This document shows positions 27,149-37,410 of a stretch of DNA of 64,000 nucleotides, piece after piece (the stretch's first letter is position 1; the number at the start of each line of letters is the position of its first letter). This stretch comes from Myxococcota bacterium (GTDB lineage: Bacteria > Myxococcota_A > UBA9042 > PHBI01 > JAWLBL01). Below the pieces are notes generated by a model, which was not told the origin of the DNA, did no database searches, and worked only from the letters and a program-made list of their open reading frames with translations. The position numbers and the translations under genes were made by a program. The stretch is taken from positions 1-64,000 of the forward strand of contig JAWLBL010000024.1 in the NCBI GenBank assembly GCA_041687695.1, in the 5' to 3' direction.

Positions 27149-28486
27149 ATGTTCACCTCGCGTGGTCAACCCGTTCTCCGTTGCGCCATCTACACCCGCC
27201 AGTCGGTCGCGCGCGGCGAGCAGGACCTGACCTCGTGCGACGTGCAGCGCGAGCGCTGCGAGGACTACGTGCGGGCCATGCAGTACGAGGGCTGGGTCGC
27301 CCTCGACGAGCGCTTCGACGACCTCGGTGTGAGCGGCGGCAGCCTCGAGCGGCCCGCGCTGCGGCGCCTGCTCTCGTGGTGTGCGCAGGGTCGGGTCGAC
27401 GTCGTGGTGGTCACGAGCCTCGACCGGCTCGCCCGCAAGATGTCCGACTGGGTGCGGCTCAACGACTGGCTGAAGCAGGCCAGCGTCGAGCTGGTGATCT
27501 TGCAGGGCGCCGGCGGGGCACGTGGGCCGCTCGCCGAACTCGTGAACAACGTGGTAGCGAGCCTGGCCGAGTTCGAGCGCGACATCATCCGCGAGCGGCT
27601 GCGCGAGGCGAAAGGGCGGGCTCGCGCTCGCGGGCGTCGTGCCGCCGGACGCGTGCCGCTCGGCTACCGGGCGGACCCGAACACGCGGCAGCTCGTCGTC
27701 GACGAGGACGAGGCTGCGCTGGTGCGGGCGTTCTTCGAGCGCTGCGCCGCCGGCGAGTCGGGCGCGGCGATCGCCGCTTGGGCGAACGCGGCGGGCCACC
27801 GAACCAAGGTCCATGGAGGCAAGGGCGGCGCGAAGTGGACGGGGCGCTCGGTGCTGCAGGTGGTCCGCAACCCGATCTACGTCGGCCGTCGCGCTCACGG
27901 AGAGGGCACGGTCGAGGGCGTGCACGAGGCGATCGTCGACGAGGACCTCGCCCGGCGCGCCTTCGCGGCGCTCGACGCCCGGCGCACGCGCGAGCCGTCG
28001 CCTCGGTCGAAGACGCCGCAGTGGGACCAGGACCCGTGGATGCTGCGCGCGCTGCTGCGCTGCACCGGCTGCGGGCGCGTGATGACGACGACGGCCTCGG
28101 CGGCGGTCACGATGGAGAACGCCGACGAGGTCCCGCGCTACTACCGCTGCCGAGGGGACGCCGCGCGCCCGGCTTGCACACCGCCGGTGCAGGTCGCCGC
28201 GCGCCACGTCGAGGCGCGGGTGCTGACCGTGCTTCGCGAGGCGCACATCTCCTGGTTCCGCGACGACCGCTCGCGCGGCTTCCTCGAGGCCCTCGCGCCC
28301 GCGTGGGACACGTGGCAGCGCGACGACGTGGGCGCCCGCAACGCGATGGTGCGCGGGCTCGTGTGGAGCGCCGAGTGGGATCGCGAGCTCGGGCTGACGA
28401 AGCTCGTGCTCGACGACATCACCGTCGACGCCTTCATTGACGAGGACCCGGTGCTCGTCGAGACGCTCCCGGCCCGCGCCGAGTAG
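27149..28486 (+). CDS. Large serine recombinase (resolvase, recombinase and Zn-ribbon domains)
   Basis: IYTRQS (catalytic Ser), SLDRLAR, AEFERDII, NPIYVG and CTGCG...YYRC. Confidence 0.9.
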   Translation: MFTSRGQPVLRCAIYTRQSVARGEQDLTSCDVQRERCEDYVRAMQYEGWVALDERFDDLGVSGGSLERPALRRLLSWCAQGRVDVVVVTSLDRLARKMSDWVRLNDWLKQASVELVILQGAGGARGPLAELVNNVVASLAEFERDIIRERLREAKGRARARGRRAAGRVPLGYRADPNTRQLVVDEDEAALVRAFFERCAAGESGAAIAAWANAAGHRTKVHGGKGGAKWTGRSVLQVVRNPIYVGRRAHGEGTVEGVHEAIVDEDLARRAFAALDARRTREPSPRSKTPQWDQDPWMLRALLRCTGCGRVMTTTASAAVTMENADEVPRYYRCRGDAARPACTPPVQVAARHVEARVLTVLREAHISWFRDDRSRGFLEALAPAWDTWQRDDVGARNAMVRGLVWSAEWDRELGLTKLVLDDITVDAFIDEDPVLVETLPARAE

Positions 28487-28954
28487 GACGTCAGACGCTC
28501 AATGCACCGACGACGCGTCGGCACGAGAACCACGGTGCGCGTCTCCTGACGTCTCATCGCCGCTGCGTGCTCTCGACGCCGCCGAAAGGGGGAGGTGGAT
28601 GCTATTCGCGCTCCGGGAGCTTGTGGCGAGTCGGCCGACGGAGACGCGCCCGCGCGCGCCGAAAAGCGCTGTCGGGATGTCCCACTCGCCGCTGTAAACC
28701 GGGTGCTCTTTGGTGTTAAGCGCCCGGACGCGTCTCCAGGTGTCTGCGGGCCCGTCGAGAGCCCGTTTCGATCCCTCGGCGGCGTCTCGCGAGGTGGCCG
28801 TGGCTCTGGTGCTCGTCCACGGCTCGCTCCGCCGTCGTCGCGGTACCTCGCGCAAGCCCGCGTCAACAGGCCAAAAACGGCGAGAGCCCCGACGGCGTGA
28901 CCGTCGAGGCTCTCTGTAAACCGCCCACCGTCGATGACTCGCGGTGGGGTAAAA

Positions 28955-29030
28955 TGGCTCCGGCTGTTGGACTCGAACCAACGACCTAGCGGTTAACAGC
29001 CGCTTGCTCTACCGACTGAGCTAAGCCGGA
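28955..29030 (-). tRNA. tRNA-Asn(GTT)
   Basis: TCCGGCTTAGCTCAGTCGGTAGAGCAAGCGGCTGTTAACCGCTAGGTCGTTGGTTCGAGTCCAACAGCCGGAGCCA, 76 nt with encoded CCA. Confidence 0.97.
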
Positions 29031-29081
29031 ATATAGGGGGGAGCGCCCGTCGTGGTGGGGCCGCCCGCTGTCGTGAGGGGC

Positions 29082-29110
29082 TATGTAGGGCCGGTCGGGG
29101 AGGGTGTCAA
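29082..29110 (-). promoter_or_regulatory. Sigma70-type promoter for tRNA-Asn
   Basis: TTGACA-N17-TACATA on the minus strand, upstream of the tRNA. Confidence 0.65.
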
Positions 29111-29201
29111 GCGGGAAGTTGTTGAGGGCTGGGAGGGGGATCGGCGATGGAGCTTGCGAAAGGGCGGGGAGGGTGGTTGGGTGGGGGCGAAGGGAGACGC
29201 C

Positions 29202-30902
29202 GTGAGTGAGACGCCGCTAAAGGTGCTGCCCCTGGGGGGCCTGGGTGAGATCGGCATGAACTGCATGCTGGTCGGACGCCGGGGGCGGTGGGTCATGGTC
29301 GACTGCGGGGTGCAGTTCCCCGACGTGTGGGAGCTGGGGGCCGAGCGGAAGCTGCCCGACCTGGGGCTCATCGAGAGCCTGGCCGACCAGATCGAGGCGG
29401 TGGTGATTACGCACGGCCACGAGGACCACATCGGGGCGCTGCCGTGGGTGCTGCCGCGCCTGAACGAGGGCACGCCGCTGTGGGCCAGCTCGTTCACCGA
29501 GCAGCTGATTCGGCGGCGGCTGACCGAGCACGGGCAGTGGTTCGAGGGGCGGGTGCAGCGCTTCGTCGTGGGCGAGCGGTTCCAGGCGGGGCCGTTCGAA
29601 ATCGAGGGGCTGCGGGTGACGCACTCGCTGCCGGACTGCGCGTCGCTGGTGATGCGCAGCGAGGACGGGACGGTCCTGCACACGGGCGACTGGAAGATCG
29701 ACGAGACCCCGATGGACGGGGAGCACTTCGACCGCGCCGGGTTCGAGCGGGTGGGGCGCGAGGGCGTCACGCTGATGCTCAGCGACTCGACGAACATCCG
29801 GACGCCCGGGCGGACGCGCAGCGAGCGCGAGGTGGGGACGGCGCTGCGGCGCGAGATCGAGGCCTGGGAGGGCCGGGTCATCGTGACGATGTTCGCGTCG
29901 AACCTGCATCGGCTGCGGGCGCTGGTCGAGGCGGCCGAGGCGACGGGGCGGAAGGTCGCGTTCGCCGGGCGGTCGCTGTGGTCGTATCTCGAGGCGGCGT
30001 GGCGGGACGGGCGGGCGCCCATCGAGCCGTCGCGGGTCGTCGACATGGAGTACATCGAGTCGATGGACCCGCGCGAGGCGCTGGTGGTGACGACCGGGTC
30101 GCAGGGCGAGCGGAACGCCTCGCTCGGGCGTGCGGCCGAGGGCGAGCACCCCAAGCTGGTGGTCGGCAAGGGGGATCTGGTCCTGCACTCGGCGCGGGTC
30201 ATCCCGGGCAACGAGGCGCGCGCCTATCAGATGTTCAACCAGCTGGGGACGCGCGGGGCCAAGGTCATCCACGGGTCGCGGACGGACATCCACACCTCGG
30301 GGCACGCGCAGCAGGACGAGCTGCGCGAGCTGCTCAACCTGGTGAAGCCGCAGCACTTCGTGCCGGTGCACGGCGAATACACCTTCTTGCAGGGGCACGC
30401 CGAGCTGGCGCGGCTGGCGGGTCGGCGGGCCACCGTGCTGCAGAACGGCGAGACGCTGGCCGTGACGCGTCCGGCCGGCGGTGAGGGCGCGGCCGGCGAG
30501 TCGGCCGAGGCCGAGCGCGTCGGGATGGACACCCTCGAGGTCATCTACAACGACGGGCCGGCGACGGGCGACCGCGCGGAGATGAAGCTGTCCGAGCGGC
30601 TGCGGGTCGCGTGGAACGGCGTCGTGGTCGTGGACCTCACGCTCGAGCGCGAGCCCGGCGGGCTGACCCGCGGCAAGGTGGCGGTCGAGACGCGCGCGAT
30701 GTGGACCGACGACGGGCGCATCGAGGGCGAGATGGTCATCGCGGCCGAGCGGGCCGTGCACGGGTGTCCGGCGAGGACGCCGTTTGCCGAGATCCAGGAG
30801 GTCGTCCGCGCGGTCATCCGCCGCATCGCGAAGAAGCGGTTGGACAAGCGCCCGGACGTCATCATCGTGGCCCACGAGGGCCGGGTGGAGAAGACCGTTT
30901 GA
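29202..30902 (+). CDS. rnj: Ribonuclease J
   Basis: PLGGLGEIGMN, THGHEDHIG, HTGDWK, HTSGHA and PVHGE. Confidence 0.95.
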   Translation: MSETPLKVLPLGGLGEIGMNCMLVGRRGRWVMVDCGVQFPDVWELGAERKLPDLGLIESLADQIEAVVITHGHEDHIGALPWVLPRLNEGTPLWASSFTEQLIRRRLTEHGQWFEGRVQRFVVGERFQAGPFEIEGLRVTHSLPDCASLVMRSEDGTVLHTGDWKIDETPMDGEHFDRAGFERVGREGVTLMLSDSTNIRTPGRTRSEREVGTALRREIEAWEGRVIVTMFASNLHRLRALVEAAEATGRKVAFAGRSLWSYLEAAWRDGRAPIEPSRVVDMEYIESMDPREALVVTTGSQGERNASLGRAAEGEHPKLVVGKGDLVLHSARVIPGNEARAYQMFNQLGTRGAKVIHGSRTDIHTSGHAQQDELRELLNLVKPQHFVPVHGEYTFLQGHAELARLAGRRATVLQNGETLAVTRPAGGEGAAGESAEAERVGMDTLEVIYNDGPATGDRAEMKLSERLRVAWNGVVVVDLTLEREPGGLTRGKVAVETRAMWTDDGRIEGEMVIAAERAVHGCPARTPFAEIQEVVRAVIRRIAKKRLDKRPDVIIVAHEGRVEKTV

Positions 30903-30910
30903 GCGCGCCG

Positions 30911-31582
30911 ATGCCATTGGGTGTTCCGCTGTCGCCCGTCCCCGAGGGCTTCCCCGGGCGGGTCGACTTCATCAAGTCCGCGCAGCGCCTGCAGGAGGCG
31001 CCGCACGTGCCGCTGCCCGAGATCTGCTTCTGCGGGCGCTCCAACGTCGGCAAGAGCTCGCTCATCAACGGCCTGTGCAACCGCAAGCAGCTGGCGCGCG
31101 TGTCCGGCACGCCGGGGCGGACGCGCCTCATCAACTTCTTCAACGTGCAGGACGAGGTCGTCCTGGCCGATCTGCCGGGCTACGGCTACGCCAAGGTCCC
31201 GGCGGCCATGCAGGCCGACTGGGGCAAGCACATCCAGGCCTACCTGGCGTCGCGCCCGCAGCTGGTCCTGGCCCTGATGCTGGTCGACATCCGGCGCGAC
31301 CCCGAGGAGGAGGAGCAGCAGCTGTATTCCTGGTTCGCCCAGGGTGGCCGCCAGTGCTTGATAGTGGCTACGAAGGCCGATAAGGTGGCGGTCAGTCGCC
31401 GCAAGCAACGTTTGACGGCGATCGCGAGCGCGCTCGAGGTCCCCAGGCGGGACGTCGTCGCCTTCTCGGCGCTGACCAAAGAGGGGAAGGACCTCCTCTG
31501 GGGCGCCATCCTGGCCCAGGCCAAGCGAGCCCAAGTGAGCTCCTCAGCGAGTTCCGAAGCGAGCCCCGAGGCGAGCGAATGA
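30911..31582 (+). CDS. engB: Ribosome biogenesis GTPase YihA/EngB
   Basis: GRSNVGKSSLIN, DLPGYGYA and TKADK. Confidence 0.95.
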   Translation: MPLGVPLSPVPEGFPGRVDFIKSAQRLQEAPHVPLPEICFCGRSNVGKSSLINGLCNRKQLARVSGTPGRTRLINFFNVQDEVVLADLPGYGYAKVPAAMQADWGKHIQAYLASRPQLVLALMLVDIRRDPEEEEQQLYSWFAQGGRQCLIVATKADKVAVSRRKQRLTAIASALEVPRRDVVAFSALTKEGKDLLWGAILAQAKRAQVSSSASSEASPEASE

Positions 31583-31745
31583 GGATCCCGGCGGTCCCAG
31601 GCGCGCCCTCCGGGTCGCGACACCGCTTGTTCGTTGCAGCGCCTGCCAGACCGAACCTCGACACCGCGGGTCGCCCCTCGGCCGAGCCCTCGCGCGCCCA
31701 ATCGCGCGCCGGCTCGCGTCTGCAGGCGGCCCGGCCACCCAGAGC

Positions 31746-32249
31746 ATGCTGAGCCCCGACGAAGTCACCATCGAGCCGATGCGTCCCGAGGACATCGAGG
31801 ACATCCTGAGCATCGAGCAGGCCTCCTTCGACGACCCGTGGACCGAGGACACCTTCCGCTCCGAGCTGCGCCACTGCTGGTCGCAGTGCCGCGTCCTGCG
31901 GCGGCGCGAGGACGGGCGCGTGGTCGGCTACCTGGTGTTCTGGACCGTCGTCGACGAGGTCCACCTGCTGAACCTGGCGGTCAAGCCGGGCGAGCGGCAC
32001 CACCAGAAGGGCCGCATGCTGCTCGACTACCTGGTCGCGTACGCCTGCGAGCACCACGCGCGCTTCATCACGCTCGAGGTGCGGCGCTCCAACGAGGCCG
32101 CCATCTCGCTGTACGAGCGCGGCGGCTTCCGGCAGGTGGGCGTGCGGCCGAGCTACTACCAGAGCAACGGCGAGGACGCGGTCGTGATGCTGTACGACTG
32201 CGGGTCCAACAGCAACGTCGCCGCCCTGCCCGCCGCCTCGGAAGGGTAG
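31746..32249 (+). CDS. rimI: Ribosomal protein S18 alanine N-acetyltransferase
   Basis: EVHLLNLAV, LEVRRSN and RPSYY...EDA. Confidence 0.92.
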   Translation: MLSPDEVTIEPMRPEDIEDILSIEQASFDDPWTEDTFRSELRHCWSQCRVLRRREDGRVVGYLVFWTVVDEVHLLNLAVKPGERHHQKGRMLLDYLVAYACEHHARFITLEVRRSNEAAISLYERGGFRQVGVRPSYYQSNGEDAVVMLYDCGSNSNVAALPAASEG

Positions 32250-32256
32250 CGGGCGC

Positions 32257-32934
32257 GTGAGGGCGACCCTCCCCGGCAGCGGCCTGTACGCCATCCTGGA
32301 CGACCGGCACGTGCCGCTCGGCGCGTTCCCGGGCGCGGCGCGCGTGCTGGCGGCCGCCGGCTGTCCGCTGGTGCAGCTGCGCATGAAGGGCGCCGACGAC
32401 CGGGCGCGCCTGGACGCGCAGCGGGCGGTCGCGGCGGCGCTCATCGGCACGCAGGCCGTGCTGGTGGTCAACGACCGGCCGGACCTGGCGGCGATCCTGC
32501 ACGCCGAGACGGCCGGCGGCGTGCGCGTCGGCCTGCACCTGGGGCAGGACGACCTGCCGCCCGAGGTGGCGCGGCGCGTGGTCGGGCCGCAGGTGCTCAT
32601 CGGGCTGTCGACCCACGACGAGGCGCAGGCCCGGGCGGCGGCGAGCGCGCCGGTGGACTACGTCGGGTTCGGGCCCGTGTTCGCGACGCGCAGCAAGGAG
32701 CGCCCGGACCCGGTGGTCGGCCTGGACGGGCTGGCGCGGGCGGTCGGGGCGTCGGCGCACCCGGTGGTGGCCATCGGTGGGCTGGACGGGCCGCGGGCGG
32801 TCCAGGCGAGGGGAGCGGGTGCGTGGACGGTGGCGATGATCGCGGCGCTGTACGAGGGGCTGGACCTCGGGACGACGGCGGGGCTCGAGGCGCTGCGGGC
32901 GCGGGCGGCCGGGCTGCAGGAGCGGCTCGCGTGA
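32257..32934 (+). CDS. thiE: Thiamine phosphate synthase
   Basis: VQLRMK, VNDRPD, HLGQDD, GLSTH and VVAIGG. Confidence 0.92.
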   Translation: MRATLPGSGLYAILDDRHVPLGAFPGAARVLAAAGCPLVQLRMKGADDRARLDAQRAVAAALIGTQAVLVVNDRPDLAAILHAETAGGVRVGLHLGQDDLPPEVARRVVGPQVLIGLSTHDEAQARAAASAPVDYVGFGPVFATRSKERPDPVVGLDGLARAVGASAHPVVAIGGLDGPRAVQARGAGAWTVAMIAALYEGLDLGTTAGLEALRARAAGLQERLA

Positions 32935-33845
32935 GCGCGGCCGAGCGGGACAAGGTCTGGACGGTGCTCGAGACGCTGACCTGGACGGCCGAGTTCTTCG
33001 GGCGGCAGGGGGCGCTGTCGCCGCGGCTGGACGCCGAGCTGCTGCTGGCCGAGACGCTGGGGCTCAAGCGGATTCAGCTGTACGTGCAGTACGACCGGCC
33101 GCTGACCGAGGACGAGCGGGCGCGCTACCGCGAGCTGGTCAAGCGGCGCGGGCGGGGCGAGCCGGTGCAGTACATCCTGGGGCGGCAGGAGTTCTGGTCG
33201 CAGAGCTTCGAGGTGGGGCCGGGCATCCTGGTGCCGCGGCCCGACACCGAGGTGCTGGTCGAGGAGGCCCTGGCCGAGGCCAAGCGGATCGCCGAGGCGA
33301 CCGGTCGAGCGGCGCTGCGGATCGCGGACGTCGGGACCGGCTCGGGCGCCATCGCGGCGGCGGTGGCCAGCGAGCTGCCCGAGGCGCGGGTCTGGGCCGG
33401 GGACATCGCGCGCGAGCCGCTGGAGGTGGCGCCGCGGAACCTGGCGGCGGCCGGGGTGGGCGACCGGGTGGCGGTCGTGCACGCGGATGGGCTGGGGCCG
33501 CTGTGGGAGGCGGCAGGGCGCGAGCCGTTCGATCTGGTGCTGTCGAACCCGCCGTACATCCGCGCGGGCGAGTACGCCGGGCTGATGCGCGAGGTGCGGG
33601 ACTTCGAGCCGCGCGGGGCGTTGGTGGCGGGGGCGGACGGGCTGGAGGTGATCCGGCCGCTGGTCGCGGAGGCGGCGCGCGAGGGGGGCCTGGCGCCTGG
33701 CGGGGCGCTGGCCGTGGAGATCGGCGACCGGCCGCAGGCCGAGGAGGTCGCGGAGCTGATGCGGGGGGCCGGGTTCGAGGCGGTGCGTGTCCGGGACGAC
33801 TACGCCGGGATGGCGCGCGTGGTGGTGGGGCGGCGGCCCGCCTGA
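32931..33845 (+). CDS. prmC: Release factor glutamine methyltransferase
   Basis: EPVQYILG, VPRPDTE, DVGTGSG and SNPPY. Confidence 0.95.
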   Translation: MSAAERDKVWTVLETLTWTAEFFGRQGALSPRLDAELLLAETLGLKRIQLYVQYDRPLTEDERARYRELVKRRGRGEPVQYILGRQEFWSQSFEVGPGILVPRPDTEVLVEEALAEAKRIAEATGRAALRIADVGTGSGAIAAAVASELPEARVWAGDIAREPLEVAPRNLAAAGVGDRVAVVHADGLGPLWEAAGREPFDLVLSNPPYIRAGEYAGLMREVRDFEPRGALVAGADGLEVIRPLVAEAAREGGLAPGGALAVEIGDRPQAEEVAELMRGAGFEAVRVRDDYAGMARVVVGRRPA

Positions 33846-33952
33846 GCGCGCCGCGGGTTACGAACGGGGCTGCGGACAATTTCGCGGGGCTCTGTTAAGG
33901 TGCGGGCCGTGACGTCGCTGCGGGCGACGCGAGGGGAGCGCACAGGCAGGCC

Positions 33953-35566
33953 ATGGCGAAGCTCATCGTTCAGCTCGAGACGGGGCGGCGGCGCGAACAC
34001 GAGCTCGGCGCCACGAACACCGTGGGGCGCCACCCGATGCAGACCGTGCAGGTGCTCGATCCGCAGGTCAGCAAAGAGCACCTGGTGCTCGAGCGGCTGC
34101 TGGGCGGGCGCTGGATGCTGCGGGACCTGGGCAGCCTGAATGGCACCTTCGTCAACGACGAGCTGGTCAGCGGGTCGGTGCGCATCCGCAACCGCGACCG
34201 CATCGTCATCGGCTCGACGCAGATGGTGTTCCTGGACCCGACGGCGGCGGCGACGGGCGACCACAAGGTCACCATCGGCGACAACCTCGAGTCCAGCATC
34301 TACGAGACGGCGGCCGAGCCGGACGCGAGCGAGTTCCTGCCGGTCGAGCGCATCGACGACGCCGAGGTGCTCAAGCGCGACTACGAGCGGCTGCGGCTGG
34401 CGGCGCGGCTCAACCAGGAGATCGCGCTCGAGGTGCGGCAGGACCGACTGCTGCCGCGCATCCTCCAGAACCTGATGAGCGTGCTCAAGGCCGACCGCGG
34501 CGTCATCCTGCTGGCCGAGCAGCCCGGGGCGCCGCTGGAGCCGCGGGCGGTGCGCGTGCGCGGGGACATCCCGACGGACGAGGCGATCTCGCTGTCGAAG
34601 ACCATCCTGAACAAGGTGCTCAAGGAGCGGACCGCGCTCATCACCAACGACGCGCAGAAGGACGACCGCTTCTCGAGCGCGCACAGCGTCATCCTGGCGG
34701 GGATCCGGTCGACCATGTGCGCGCCGCTGATTACGCGCGACAAGCAGGTCATCGGCGTCATCCACCTGGACAGCCTGTACAAGCCGAACGCGTTCACCGA
34801 GCGGGATCTCAGCGTGCTGCAGGGCGTGGCGCAGGCCGCGGCGATCGCCATCGAGAACAGCCGCCTGGTCGAGCGCATCGAGAAGGAGGCCGTCACGCGC
34901 CAGAAGTTCGAGAAGATGCTGTCGCCCAACCTGGTCGAGCGCGTCATCTCGGGGCAGCTGAAGATCGAGAAGGGCGGCGAGCTGAGGAACGTGACCGTGA
35001 TGTTCACGGACATCCGCGGGTTCACGGAGCTGAGCGAGCATGCGCCGCCGCAGCACGTGGTCAAGCTGCTCAACGAGTACTTCGAGCTGGTGGTCGACAT
35101 CGTGTTCGACTTCGACGGGACGCTCGACAAGTACATCGGCGACAGCGTGATGGCGGTGTGGGGCGCGCCGGTGGGCGACCCGGACGGGCCCGAGAAGGCG
35201 GCGCGGGCGGCGATCGAGATCCAGAAGGCGATGGCGCAGTTCAACGAGCTGCGGCGATTGGACGGGATGGCCGAGCTGCACACGGGCATCGGCATCGACA
35301 CCGGCGAGATCGTGGCGGGCTACATGGGCTCGTCGAAGACGATGAGCTACACGGTGGTCGGCGCCAGCGTGAACCGGGCCAGCCGCCTGTGCTCGGCGGC
35401 GGGCGAGGGCGAGATCCTGCTGAGCGACCACACCTACAAGCTGCTGGGTGGGGCGGTCGAGGCGGACCCGCGGGCGCCGCTGCGGCTCAAGGGGATCAGC
35501 GGCGAGACGCCGAACTGGTCGGTGCGCGACTGCTGGACGCGGCGGGTCCCGGTCAAGATCGCGTAG
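33953..35566 (+). CDS. FHA-GAF-class III adenylate/guanylate cyclase
   Basis: FHA (GRH, SKEH, DLGSLNGT), GAF, FTDIRGFT, DKYIGD and VNRASRL. Confidence 0.92.
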   Translation: MAKLIVQLETGRRREHELGATNTVGRHPMQTVQVLDPQVSKEHLVLERLLGGRWMLRDLGSLNGTFVNDELVSGSVRIRNRDRIVIGSTQMVFLDPTAAATGDHKVTIGDNLESSIYETAAEPDASEFLPVERIDDAEVLKRDYERLRLAARLNQEIALEVRQDRLLPRILQNLMSVLKADRGVILLAEQPGAPLEPRAVRVRGDIPTDEAISLSKTILNKVLKERTALITNDAQKDDRFSSAHSVILAGIRSTMCAPLITRDKQVIGVIHLDSLYKPNAFTERDLSVLQGVAQAAAIAIENSRLVERIEKEAVTRQKFEKMLSPNLVERVISGQLKIEKGGELRNVTVMFTDIRGFTELSEHAPPQHVVKLLNEYFELVVDIVFDFDGTLDKYIGDSVMAVWGAPVGDPDGPEKAARAAIEIQKAMAQFNELRRLDGMAELHTGIGIDTGEIVAGYMGSSKTMSYTVVGASVNRASRLCSAAGEGEILLSDHTYKLLGGAVEADPRAPLRLKGISGETPNWSVRDCWTRRVPVKIA

Positions 35567-35585
35567 GGACCCGGGCCGGCTGGAA

Positions 35586-35756
35586 GAGGGTGTCCTATTG
35601 ATGCCGGCGGAGGCGCCGTGGAGTGCTGTGGCTTGCCGGAGCCTCGGCCCCGGCGGCTTGCCGCCGGGATCTGGCCGCCAACCCGGCGCAGCAAGCTGCG
35701 CCGGATGGGGGCTCCACCAAGGTGGAGCACTCCGGTTGGCCTCTTGCGACACCCTC
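35586..35756. mobile_element. 171-bp MITE-like element with 9-bp terminal IRs, flanked by TGGAA direct repeats
   Basis: GAGGGTGTC...GACACCCTC; TGGAA at 35581-35585 and 35757-35761; second copy at 1-116. Confidence 0.8.
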
Positions 35757-35833
35757 TGGAAGCCGGCAGTCCCAGCAGGGCGGCGCTAGCATGGGCACTG
35801 AACCGGGCTGGGAGCCGGCGATCCCTGGGGGCC

Positions 35834-36799
35834 CTAGAAGTAGTAGAGGGCCTGGACGGCGGCCTGGGGGAACATGATGACGCGGTCGGGGTGGTCCTGG
35901 TTGACCGAGGTCAGAAAGGCCACGCCGGCGAAGACGTCGAAGTGGTTGGAGGCGGCCCAGCTGAGGCCGAGGTCGACGTGGAGGTGCTGACCGAGCTCGT
36001 AGAGGGCGCGGAAGGAGCCGAGCTCGGGGCCGAGGCGCTCGTCGCGGCCGAAGGGCGTCATCATGCCGACGCCGAGGACCGGGGTGATGGCGCGGCGGAA
36101 GCCGAGGAAGCGGACCCGCGTGTCGAGGGTGCGGAAGACCAGGCCGACGCTGACCTCGAAGGAGACGTGCTCGTCGCGGAGCCAGCCGAGGGTGAGGGCG
36201 GTGACCCCGTCGAAGCCGAGGCCGAGGCCGACGCCGAGCTTGCGGCCGGCGCGGGGGCCGGGGTCGGGGGGCGGCACGACGGGGTCGGCGGCGCGGTGGA
36301 GGCTCGGGTCGGTCATGGCGCCGGGCGCCGCCGGGGGCTCGGGCGGCGTGGGCGGGTCGGGCGGGCGGTGCTCGGGGGGCTTGTCGGCGGGCGGCGGCGT
36401 GTCGGGCAGGCGCGGCGGCGGCGGGGTGGGGGAGACGCCCGTCTGCATGCGCTGAACGAAGGCGGCGTCGTCGAGCAGGGTCGGATCGAGCTGGGCGGCC
36501 TTCTGCCAGCACTCGCGGGCCTCGGCGGCCGAGCCGATGGTGGAGAGCTTGTCGCCCAGCCCCAGGTAGGCCTGGGCGCAGACCTTGCGCGTGTCGAGCT
36601 CGAGCGGCCGCTGGGCCTGCTGGGCCTCGTGCTCGGCCAGCTCGCACTGCACGACGGCGCTGCCGTGGCGGCCGGCCTCGAGGGCCTGTTGGGCGAGGGC
36701 GCGTTGCTGGGCCTCGTCGGCGTGGGCGCGCGGGGCGGCGCCGAGGACGAGGGCGGCCATCGCGAGGGCCAGCGCGTGGGGGTGGGGTCGTACGGTCAT
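35834..36799 (-). CDS. Exported protein: TPR-like region, Pro-rich linker and probable outer-membrane beta-barrel
   Basis: Signal peptide ending AHA, alternating beta pattern and terminal YYF. Confidence 0.65.
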   Translation of the reverse strand: MTVRPHPHALALAMAALVLGAAPRAHADEAQQRALAQQALEAGRHGSAVVQCELAEHEAQQAQRPLELDTRKVCAQAYLGLGDKLSTIGSAAEARECWQKAAQLDPTLLDDAAFVQRMQTGVSPTPPPPRLPDTPPPADKPPEHRPPDPPTPPEPPAAPGAMTDPSLHRAADPVVPPPDPGPRAGRKLGVGLGLGFDGVTALTLGWLRDEHVSFEVSVGLVFRTLDTRVRFLGFRRAITPVLGVGMMTPFGRDERLGPELGSFRALYELGQHLHVDLGLSWAASNHFDVFAGVAFLTSVNQDHPDRVIMFPQAAVQALYYF

Positions 36800-37410
36800 C
36801 AGAGCCTCTCGAGCTGATCCAGGCTCGGGTCGAGCGGCATGTCGAGCTGTCGGGCGAGATCGGGCTCGAAACAGCGGCGGCATCGCGGCTCGTAGATCTC
36901 GGCGGCGCCCACCAGGACGCGGTTGCCGCTGGCGACGAGGCGCTGCGAGCGGTTGGCCGGGGCGCCGCAGCGGACGCAGACGGCGAGGGTCTTGGTGACG
37001 TACTCGGCGATGGCCATCAGCTGGGGCATCGGATCGAAGGGCCGGCCGCGGTAGTCCTGATCGAGCCCGGCGACGAGGACGCGCTTGCCGAGGTTGGCGA
37101 GGCGGTCGACCACGTCGACGATGCCCGGATCGAAGAACTGGACCTCGTCGATGCCGACGACCTCGGTGCGGTCGTGGACGGCCTTGACGATCTCCTCGGA
37201 CGAGGCGACCAGGGTGGCCGGGATGCGGAGATCGGAGTGGCTGGTGACGTCCGCGTCACCCGAGCGGGTGTCGACCGCCGGCTTGAAGACCTGCACGCGC
37301 TGGCGGGCGAGGCGCGCGCGGCGCAGGCGGCGGATGAGCTCCTCGGATTTCCCGGAGAACATGCTCCCGCAGATGACCTCGATCTGACCCATCGGGTGGC
37401 GGCTGTACAT
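36799..37410 (-). CDS. tdk: Thymidine kinase
   Basis: GSMFSGKSEEL, IDEVQFF, AGLDQD, CVRCG and YEPRCRRC. Confidence 0.95.
   Translation of the reverse strand: MYSRHPMGQIEVICGSMFSGKSEELIRRLRRARLARQRVQVFKPAVDTRSGDADVTSHSDLRIPATLVASSEEIVKAVHDRTEVVGIDEVQFFDPGIVDVVDRLANLGKRVLVAGLDQDYRGRPFDPMPQLMAIAEYVTKTLAVCVRCGAPANRSQRLVASGNRVLVGAAEIYEPRCRRCFEPDLARQLDMPLDPSLDQLERL

Larger units (their letters stand above)
25233..28960. mobile_element. ~3.7 kb integrative element at the tRNA-Asn 3' end (serine recombinase + AbiE)
   Basis: TGGCTC direct repeat at 25233-25238 and 28955-28960; end sequences reused at 24447-24567. Confidence 0.75.

Noticed and set aside
28499..28900. ORFs between the recombinase and the tRNA (possible directionality factor)
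   Set aside because: No recognisable motif and several competing frames; cannot be supported
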